The position numbers and the translations under genes were made by a program. 64,000 nt of DNA, from positions 224,001-288,000 of the forward strand of contig JBJBDL010000003.1 of the NCBI GenBank assembly GCA_047285305.1, read 5' to 3'. The notes beneath the pieces are model-generated. The model was not told the origin of the DNA and did not search any database. It saw only the letters and a program-made list of their open reading frames with translations. Of this stretch, positions 43,723-51,747 are shown piece after piece. Every line of letters starts with the position of its first letter. The first letter of the stretch is position 1. Origin of the DNA: Synechococcus sp. Lineage in GTDB: Bacteria > Cyanobacteriota > Cyanobacteriia > PCC-6307 > Cyanobiaceae.

Positions 43723-44883
43723 ATGAAACACATACCCTACGGCAGACACAAAGTAGAACAGAATGATATCGATGAGATAACGAAAGTCTTGAAAAGCAAT
43801 TTTCTAACGCAAGGACCTAAAGTAGAGGAATTTGAGGCGAAAATATGTGATCTTGTTCAAGCTGAAAATGGTGTTGCAGTAAATAGTGCAACAAGCGCAC
43901 TTCACATAGCGTGTTTGGCACTTGACCTTAAAAAAGGGGATTACCTATGGACAAGCCCAAACACCTTCGTAGCGTCAGCAAATTGCGGAATTTACTGTGG
44001 AGCAAAAGTAGACTTTGTTGACATTGAAAAGAGTACAGGGCTGATGTGTACAAAACAACTTGAGACTAAACTAAAGAAAGCAAAAAAAGAATCTAGGCTT
44101 CCAAAAATTGTTGTACCGGTCCACTTATGTGGGACAAGCTGTGACATGAAAAGAATTAAAGAGTTATCAACAATATATGATTTTAAGATAATAGAAGATG
44201 CAAGCCATGCAATTGGGGGAAGATATAAAGAAAAACCAGTCGGCAGTTGCGAATACAGTGATGTAACAGTATTCAGTTTTCATCCTGTGAAAATAATAAC
44301 TACAGGAGAAGGAGGGATGGCAATGACCAATTCGACCGAGTTAGCAGAAAAGATGAAATTGCTAAGGTGTCATGGAATAACAAAAGAGAATAGTAGATTT
44401 AAAGAAAAAGATTTCAGCCCATGGCACTATGAGCAACAATTACTTGGTTTCAACTATAGAATGAACGATATTGAAGCAGTCTTAGGTATAAGCCAAGCAA
44501 ACAGGATTAATGAAATAGTTAAGGAAAGGAACAGAATAAGAGATTCATATGTGGAGAATATAGTGCACGAAGACCTAGAGTTCCTTGAGATACCTAAGAA
44601 CACGGTCAGCTCAGTTCACCTAGTAGTTGCTAGATTAATAAACAAAACGCCAGGAGAACATAAAATAGTATTTAATAAGCTAAGAGAATCAGGAATTGGA
44701 GTACAACTGCATTATGCACCAGTACATTTACAGCCATATTATAAAAGTCTAGGCTTTAAGGAGGGCCAATACAAAACAGCGGAAGAATATGCAAGGAGCG
44801 CAATTAGTTTACCAGTATATCCAGGACTAAAGGATATAGAACTAGAATATATATATGTCACAATACGCGAAGCATTGAAATGA
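43723..44883 (+). CDS. pseC: UDP-4-amino-4,6-dideoxy-N-acetyl-beta-L-altrosamine transaminase
   Basis: IPYGR, LTQGP, NSATSALH, EDASHA, FSFHPVKIITTGEGG, GFNYRM; directly after pseB. Confidence 0.85.
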   Translation: MKHIPYGRHKVEQNDIDEITKVLKSNFLTQGPKVEEFEAKICDLVQAENGVAVNSATSALHIACLALDLKKGDYLWTSPNTFVASANCGIYCGAKVDFVDIEKSTGLMCTKQLETKLKKAKKESRLPKIVVPVHLCGTSCDMKRIKELSTIYDFKIIEDASHAIGGRYKEKPVGSCEYSDVTVFSFHPVKIITTGEGGMAMTNSTELAEKMKLLRCHGITKENSRFKEKDFSPWHYEQQLLGFNYRMNDIEAVLGISQANRINEIVKERNRIRDSYVENIVHEDLEFLEIPKNTVSSVHLVVARLINKTPGEHKIVFNKLRESGIGVQLHYAPVHLQPYYKSLGFKEGQYKTAEEYARSAISLPVYPGLKDIELEYIYVTIREALK

Positions 44884-45773
44884 CTGACAACACGAGGAAA
44901 TTGATTATCGGAACAGCGCAATGGGGGATAGATTACGGAATATCGAATAATGAAGGCAAAACAGATTACGGCGAGGTAAAAAAGATATTAGAATTAGCAG
45001 AACAAAATAATATCAGCGCACTTGATACTGCAAAAGCATATGGTGACTCAGAAAAAGTAATCGGAAATCTAAAAAGTAATGAGACAGAAGTAATAACAAA
45101 AGTAATAATAGGAAATCAGGATAGAGATGCTAGGCAAATCAAAACGATGATAAGGGCAAGTGTATATGAGTCGTACGAAATAATGGGTCGCACTCCGCTG
45201 AGAGGTGTGTTGGTTCATGACCCAAAGAACATGAGGTCAAACGAGGAAAATACAGGTTGGGAAACATTGAGATCAATGAAGGAAGAAGGTTATATAGAGA
45301 GACTGGGGTTGTCAATCGAAGACCCAAATGAAGCAATTGAATTGAGCAAATTATATATACCGGACATAATACAAATGCCAATGAATGTATTTGATCAAAG
45401 GGCAACCAAAAGTGGTGCCCTAGAGGGGCTGAAAAAAAGAGGAATAGAGATACATATAAGATCTGTTTTTCTTCAGGGATTGTTACTAATGAATCCAAAG
45501 GATATAGACAACTATTTTAAACCATGGATCAACAATATCGCAAATTGGCAAGAATATTGCCAAAATGAAAATAGAACCAGAATAGAAGGGGCACTACTAC
45601 CAATAATAAGAGAAGAATTAATAGATAAGTTTATCGTAGGCATAGCAAGCTCACAGCAACTCAAGGAAATACTAAAAGCGTTAGAGAATCTAGGCGAAAC
45701 AAAGTCTGTAGAAGATTTCTCCATAGATGATAATAAATTGATTAACCCGAGCAGGTGGGAGATTGCAAAGTGA
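44880..45773 (+). CDS. Aldo/keto reductase
   Basis: IGTAQWGIDYG, LDTAKAYGDSE, ITK, LVH, RSVFLQGLL. Confidence 0.82.
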   Translation: MTDNTRKLIIGTAQWGIDYGISNNEGKTDYGEVKKILELAEQNNISALDTAKAYGDSEKVIGNLKSNETEVITKVIIGNQDRDARQIKTMIRASVYESYEIMGRTPLRGVLVHDPKNMRSNEENTGWETLRSMKEEGYIERLGLSIEDPNEAIELSKLYIPDIIQMPMNVFDQRATKSGALEGLKKRGIEIHIRSVFLQGLLLMNPKDIDNYFKPWINNIANWQEYCQNENRTRIEGALLPIIREELIDKFIVGIASSQQLKEILKALENLGETKSVEDFSIDDNKLINPSRWEIAK

Positions 45774-46651
45774 GACTAGGGATAATAGGTATGTCTAAAG
45801 GGAACGGACATCCGTACTCTTGGTCTGCAATATTAAACGGGTTTGATGAAAAACAGATTGACAAATGTGAGTTTAGTACAATACCAAAATATCTAAGAGA
45901 GAATAGAGATAAAATAGGCCTAGGTGATAATACAAAGGTAACTCATATATGGACGCAGGATAATAGAGTAACGGAAAGAATTGCAAGGGCTACGAAAATA
46001 AGAAATACTTGCAATGACCTAAATGAAATGATTGATAACGTAGATGGAATCATGCTTGCAAGAGATGATAGCGAAAATCATCTTAAGTATGCTGAAAAAT
46101 TTCTTAAGGCCGGGATGCCAATTTACATTGACAAACCAATAGCGACAACAGTAGATATGGCAAGAAATTTATTCAATATGCAAGTTTATAACGGACAAAT
46201 TTATACATGTAGTGCCTTGAGATACTCAAAGGATTTCAAAATAGACAAGAATATCAGAGACAGTATTGGTAAAATCAAGAAAATAAGGGGGACGTCAATA
46301 AAAGACTGGGATAAGTATGCAGTGCATATAATCGAACCAGCATACTGTTTAATTAGGTCGACGGGCAATTTAATTAATAAAGCATTGAGTATTGAAGATG
46401 AAAAAACTTTACTGGAACTAAACTATGAGGAAATTACAATGATATTTGAAACAACCGGTCAACCAACTGGTGAAATACAACTAGAAATAATAGGGGAAAA
46501 AGGGACTATAACAAGAAGATTTAGCGATACATTTAGTGCATTTAAAAAATCATTAGAGATGTTTGTAAAAGCAGCAAAAGAAAAACGAGAAATAATATTA
46601 GAAGAAGAAGTTATAAATATAGTGAAAACTATTGAACTAGGAAAAGTATAA
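45770..46651 (+). CDS. Gfo/Idh/MocA-like NAD(P)-dependent oxidoreductase
   Basis: LGIIG...NGHPYSWSA, IYIDKP, SALRY, YAVH. GTG start overlaps the upstream stop. Confidence 0.72.
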   Translation: MRLGIIGMSKGNGHPYSWSAILNGFDEKQIDKCEFSTIPKYLRENRDKIGLGDNTKVTHIWTQDNRVTERIARATKIRNTCNDLNEMIDNVDGIMLARDDSENHLKYAEKFLKAGMPIYIDKPIATTVDMARNLFNMQVYNGQIYTCSALRYSKDFKIDKNIRDSIGKIKKIRGTSIKDWDKYAVHIIEPAYCLIRSTGNLINKALSIEDEKTLLELNYEEITMIFETTGQPTGEIQLEIIGEKGTITRRFSDTFSAFKKSLEMFVKAAKEKREIILEEEVINIVKTIELGKV

Positions 46652-46740
46652 AAATCAGAGCCAGGAGACAATAGAAGAAGTGACAAAGAATACCACGTAG
46701 GGACGCAAGTGGATTAAAATAAAGCATTAGTCTAGGATTA

Positions 46741-47937
46741 ATGAAAAACACGTGGCGATTCAATGGAAATGAGAAAAAATATCTCGATGAAGTAATATCT
46801 GGAAACATGATATCATCAACAAGTGGAAATATGAATCAGAGATTTGAAAAAGCATTTGCAGAATATGCAGACTTAGATTATGCAATTACATTTAACTCTG
46901 GCACCTCAACTCTACATGCCGCACTACATGCCTGCGAGGTACACGCAGGTGATGAGGTAATAATCCCACCGTTAACGGTAATATCAAATGCTGATGTGGT
47001 GTTTGCTCAACATGCGATACCAGTATTTTGCGACGTAGACGAAAATACATGGAATATGTCAGCAGAAGTAGCAGAACGTCTGATAACTAAGAGGACGAAA
47101 GCGATAATGCCAGTATCGCTATATGGTTTAAGTGCAGATCTAGAAGCGTTCGAGAAAATAGGAAAAAAGTATGGAATACCAATAATAAATGATGCAGCAG
47201 AAGCATTTGGAGCCACTTGTAATGGAAAAAATATAAATCAACAAGCTGATATCACATCATATTCCCTAGAAAATTCAAAACACATCACAACAGGAGATGG
47301 AGGGATCGTAGTGACTAATAATGAAGAATTGGCCATAAAGATGAGAAAGTTTGGTTCACTAAGCTACGGCGCAATGAAAGCTGGAGACGGAAGAATAAGA
47401 TTAAACAAGTCAGTATTTCAGAATCCAAGCTACTCGAGACATGATGATATAGGCTTAAACTACAGAATGCCAGAGGTTGCAGCCGCGATCGGTCTAGCAC
47501 AACTAGAAAGAATAGAATATTTTATAAGTAAAAGAATAGAGTCAGCAGCAGCACATAGAAGGGCGATTGAAAAATGTGATTGGCTGATAGAACAAATGAC
47601 ACCAAACAACTACAGGCATACACAGTGGACTTTTGTAGTTAAAATAAAAAGGGATGATATAAATTGGCTAGAATTCAAAAAAAGATTTGAAGAATTTGGG
47701 GGTGACGGCCCGTTTGGATGTTGGAAAATCACATATCAAGAACAGCTATTCACAAACAGAGCATTTGAAAGACTAAACCCATCACAGTACAAGGAGATAA
47801 GTTATGAAGCAGGGATTTGTCCTATAGCGGAAAAGATACAACCCAGATTGTTACAATTTTCGACCAATCAAGGTACAGATAAAGAGATACAAGACCAAGT
47901 GAATGCACTTCAAAAAACAATTACATCGTTTGAATAG
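46741..47937 (+). CDS. DegT/DnrJ/EryC1/StrS PLP-dependent sugar aminotransferase
   Basis: NSGTSTLH, GDEVIIP, NDAAEA, SLENSKHITTGDGG, GLNYRM. Confidence 0.88.
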   Translation: MKNTWRFNGNEKKYLDEVISGNMISSTSGNMNQRFEKAFAEYADLDYAITFNSGTSTLHAALHACEVHAGDEVIIPPLTVISNADVVFAQHAIPVFCDVDENTWNMSAEVAERLITKRTKAIMPVSLYGLSADLEAFEKIGKKYGIPIINDAAEAFGATCNGKNINQQADITSYSLENSKHITTGDGGIVVTNNEELAIKMRKFGSLSYGAMKAGDGRIRLNKSVFQNPSYSRHDDIGLNYRMPEVAAAIGLAQLERIEYFISKRIESAAAHRRAIEKCDWLIEQMTPNNYRHTQWTFVVKIKRDDINWLEFKKRFEEFGGDGPFGCWKITYQEQLFTNRAFERLNPSQYKEISYEAGICPIAEKIQPRLLQFSTNQGTDKEIQDQVNALQKTITSFE

Positions 47938-48729
47938 ATGGAAGAACAGATTCCTATAATTATTCAAGCGAGGCAAAGCTCGAGTAGATTGCCATCAAAA
48001 GTGATGACAAACTTTTGCAATTCAATGAAGATGATAGAGTTTCAATATAAGAGGCTTAAAACATACTTTAATGAGGTAATAGTAGCAACGTCAAGCAATT
48101 CTACGGACGATAGTATGTGCTCATACCTAGAAGACAAAGGGATTAAATATCATAGAGGTTCATTAGATAACGTAATGAGGAGATTGATTGAATGCCATGA
48201 AAACTACTTTGCTAATACTAGCCAATGGTTTGTTCGCGTTGGAGGTGATGACCCTTTAGTAAGTATCGAGGGAATAAAATGGTTATACAACGAGCTACAA
48301 ACTCGAGCGGACAATAGAGATATCGCTATGATGTACAACAGTTACGACGAAGGAATGATTTATGGATGTGGTGTAGAAATATTTAATGCCAAACACTTCA
48401 AAGAGGTACTTAAAAAAACAGAAATGATTGAATTAGGAGCCAAGAGAATATATCATGAACATACAAAACCAGCGTTCCATGATAAGGGTCTTCAAGAAGA
48501 AATAGGGTTTAAAATCGTGAAGGGTATAGTTCCAGAATACGCAAAGTATAAAGGCGTATATTTAAGCATAGATTATCCACAGGATTTTTTACTGTGCAGC
48601 TACATAGCGAATCAATTGGTTGAAGAAAAAGGGATTGGATACAAACATAGCGACCTTATAAATATGTTGAATATAATGCCCGAAAGGCTATTGATAAATA
48701 GAGAACTACATGATGGGTTCGGGGAATAG
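47938..48729 (+). CDS. Cytidylyltransferase (SpsF/CTP_transf_3-like)
   Basis: IIQARQSSSRLPSKV, VATS, RGSLDNV, RVGGDDP, EH, SIDYPQD. Confidence 0.82.
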   Translation: MEEQIPIIIQARQSSSRLPSKVMTNFCNSMKMIEFQYKRLKTYFNEVIVATSSNSTDDSMCSYLEDKGIKYHRGSLDNVMRRLIECHENYFANTSQWFVRVGGDDPLVSIEGIKWLYNELQTRADNRDIAMMYNSYDEGMIYGCGVEIFNAKHFKEVLKKTEMIELGAKRIYHEHTKPAFHDKGLQEEIGFKIVKGIVPEYAKYKGVYLSIDYPQDFLLCSYIANQLVEEKGIGYKHSDLINMLNIMPERLLINRELHDGFGE

Positions 48730-49038
48730 AGAAAACAAAGATGTGATGATAGAAGGAGAAATAGCAAACAAATAAAATGCTAAAAAGCAAATTGTGCATG
48801 AAGCCTTCTCAAGGGATTGTGGCTCTACCACTCCATGTATGGGACGGGAATTAGATAGCAGAATACTCCTGGGGGCTCTTGCAGCAAATGAAAATAGTTT
48901 GATGGTAATAGCACATGAATATAATATGTCACCAATAGATAAAGCGTATGAAAAAATATTCTACATAGGGGCTGGTCGCCAAATTTACAGTAAACTTAGA
49001 ACAGAAGAATGGTAAACCCCTGTATTTCTGATAAGGTC

Positions 49039-50304
49039 TTAAGTAATAGGTTTAATCAAGCCCTTAGAATGCAGTAATTCTGCTAATTCAAGTAACTGAA
49101 AATATGGTACTGCTAGGATATCTGCAATAGATAGCAAATCTAAAGTACCATCGCTATAAGATAAGAGATCTAAAAGAATACGAACCGATTGATCATGATC
49201 ATGGGTTGAAATATCGTTGTACAGGTTATACTTACATAGCATCGGTTCGCAGGGGTTTAAAGCTTTATAAGTGAGATTAGATTCGAGAAGATCAACAAGC
49301 TTAACCAAGAAATTGTATGATTCTTCTAATGAAGTCTTGGTAACAAAATTTAGGTCATCTAAAGAAGTATGATACTCCTTAAAAGAAGCAAATTTTGAAC
49401 GCATTATGGTGCACATAGGAAGATCAACACCAGGCGAGCAGTATTGACGCTCATCACTACCTCTATCAGACCAAGAATAACGAGTATATTCAGATTTATA
49501 ATACCTGAGTAGATGATGTACTGCACGATCAGATATCGTTTCACCGCAACGAGAAGGTATAAATGAAAAATTGGAGGGATCACCTAAACAAGTCAGATTA
49601 AAAGCCGCAAAAACATTCGACTTTAAGGTCGTTAAATTTTTATAAATATAGGAAACTGAACCAATCGTTTCCGGGGCAAGAACAAAGCGATAAGTATAGT
49701 TTCGAATCGGCAATGAACTTATATAGGTATACAATTCAGATAAGACGACCGGGCCACTCAATTCATTATTTGCCATCGATGGATGACAAAGATAAGATGA
49801 GAAAAGGATTTCCTTTTGAGAATTGCCTTCTAGGATAGCGTCAGAATAAGTAAGCGATCCTTGAAATAGTTGAGAGTCAATATGAACTTTGTAAAACGCA
49901 TCAGTAAGACCTAATCTCTGATTATGAGATAGACAAAAACCCCAACGCGGTTGGTAATAGGAAGTAACGTAGGGAATAGCATCAGGGAGATCAGGTAATG
50001 AATATAAATGATCCTGCAGTTCAACATTTGATATTACAGAATCAACAGGCGTAGAATAGCTAACTATATGTAGATTATTGTCCTTTATGTCAATAAGTAT
50101 ATTACCATCAAGATCAGAAATGTAGGCGGAATTGACATTCCATTCAGGCGGTACAGTCCAATCGAAGACTTTTGTTCCCGAGGGAATATTGTGCAAGGTA
50201 AGAGTCGGGATTTTATATTGCTTTATCAAGTTAAAAGAGGCACGTATACCTTTACCAGTAATGCTTCGATGAATAGGCCAAAGTTTGTTTATTAGCTCCC
50301 ACAT
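49039..50304 (-). CDS. DUF4910/DUF2172 peptidase-M28-like protein with C-terminal winged HTH
   Basis: RSITGKG, FDWTVPPEW, IPYVTSYY...WGFC, SYLCHPSMANNELSG, APETIGS, GSDERQY, EYHTSLD. Confidence 0.82.
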   Translation of the reverse strand: MWELINKLWPIHRSITGKGIRASFNLIKQYKIPTLTLHNIPSGTKVFDWTVPPEWNVNSAYISDLDGNILIDIKDNNLHIVSYSTPVDSVISNVELQDHLYSLPDLPDAIPYVTSYYQPRWGFCLSHNQRLGLTDAFYKVHIDSQLFQGSLTYSDAILEGNSQKEILFSSYLCHPSMANNELSGPVVLSELYTYISSLPIRNYTYRFVLAPETIGSVSYIYKNLTTLKSNVFAAFNLTCLGDPSNFSFIPSRCGETISDRAVHHLLRYYKSEYTRYSWSDRGSDERQYCSPGVDLPMCTIMRSKFASFKEYHTSLDDLNFVTKTSLEESYNFLVKLVDLLESNLTYKALNPCEPMLCKYNLYNDISTHDHDQSVRILLDLLSYSDGTLDLLSIADILAVPYFQLLELAELLHSKGLIKPIT

Positions 50305-50307
50305 ACA

Positions 50308-51705
50308 TCAAGAACGAAGTGCACTTGTATAATCAAGAGATTTATCCGCATATCCAAATGATTTATAACTGGCTTCTATTGAAGCAAAACCAGATTTAAG
50401 GTAAAAAGATAAATTTAGAATACGAGATTCGTCAAAACAAGACTTATTAGAACTCAATATATGATCGTCGGAGTACAAGATAGAAAGTGGAGAAGTGATT
50501 ACGGAATTGTGGCGCATGAAGGCTGACATGATTTTGACAGGTAAAATTGAATTATGATATTCATCAGCAGAGACAGAGACCACAGGAATAATAATTTTGT
50601 TTGTCCACATGAAATCATCTCTACGTAAATATCTAGTCCGCTCAAGAAAAGACTGGTAACGATTAATAGAATTATGCATACTTGAGTTTGCAATAATAAA
50701 AACTATTGAGCTATCAACTAATTTAGAATGAATAATTCTTAGATCATCGGTATCTGACTGGAAAATACATCCATAACTATCGGTGGAATAGTTCTCACTC
50801 TCTCGGACCAATTTTGGTGGACATACATTGCATGCGATACATCTCTGATATGCATAATCATATAAAGGTAAGTCATTAAATTCATATAAGTCTGAGCTCA
50901 TAAGTGACTTTATTTGATTGGTAACAAGTGAATGGACATGATCAGAAGCAGGTTTATCAACAAAAAGAATGGTGGATTTAATTTTCTGACTTATTGTTGT
51001 AGAATTGGCATTATAATTAGAAAAGCGAGAAACATTATCTGCCAAAGCTTTAAGCAGACTAAAACCATAACTATCCGTAAGAACTGAGGAACGGTCTCCA
51101 GCTACGAGAGTAGCTCCATACTGTGAGACAGGGGGACCTGAACCAATAATATGAGCACCGAGACCTAAAGCCTCATAGAGGGCAAAAACAGAAGAAGTCT
51201 CTTGACCACCATTGCGTTTGGCACCAATAGTAACTGTTGAGAAGAACTTATTCTCTAAGAAATTGAAGTGGGAAGAAGCTAAATGAAAGAGTTTATTGGC
51301 AACAGAAGATTTGTCTCCAAAATAAACAGGTGTTATTAAAATAATAACATTGCACAAAGAAAGAGTCTCAACAACTAGAGAAACTTTTTCTGAGTCGTAA
51401 GATAAGGTGTCTGTCAATAACTGGGATTCAATGTCGAGCTCTTCTGATGCGAGTTGTTTATCATATACAACACGAGATTCTTCCTTGGAAGCGAAGACAC
51501 TATTAAGGGGAATTATGCGAGATTCAACCGAAAGTCTATCAAAATAATATTTGAGGTAGGAAGCTACACATTCACTATTAGAAAGGTTAGAAGAAGAAAA
51601 AGAAGGGAGATTTGTCAGTGATTCAGGACCTTGAGACCAATCAATGGTTGACAGGAACTCAGTAGAAGCCCGACATCTTATAGAACCAACGACTAGACCA
51701 ATCAT
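50308..51705 (-). CDS. Tandem flavodoxin-fold protein (NADPH-dependent FMN reductase / iron-sulfur flavoprotein-like)
   Basis: TPVYFGDKSS, GAKRNGGQET, QYG; second domain RCIACNVCP...GCIF..DDL, FLERTR. Confidence 0.68.
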   Translation of the reverse strand: MIGLVVGSIRCRASTEFLSTIDWSQGPESLTNLPSFSSSNLSNSECVASYLKYYFDRLSVESRIIPLNSVFASKEESRVVYDKQLASEELDIESQLLTDTLSYDSEKVSLVVETLSLCNVIILITPVYFGDKSSVANKLFHLASSHFNFLENKFFSTVTIGAKRNGGQETSSVFALYEALGLGAHIIGSGPPVSQYGATLVAGDRSSVLTDSYGFSLLKALADNVSRFSNYNANSTTISQKIKSTILFVDKPASDHVHSLVTNQIKSLMSSDLYEFNDLPLYDYAYQRCIACNVCPPKLVRESENYSTDSYGCIFQSDTDDLRIIHSKLVDSSIVFIIANSSMHNSINRYQSFLERTRYLRRDDFMWTNKIIIPVVSVSADEYHNSILPVKIMSAFMRHNSVITSPLSILYSDDHILSSNKSCFDESRILNLSFYLKSGFASIEASYKSFGYADKSLDYTSALRS

Positions 51706-51747
51706 TAGATATAGATGCTATTCTATTGACTGTAGCACACTGAATGA

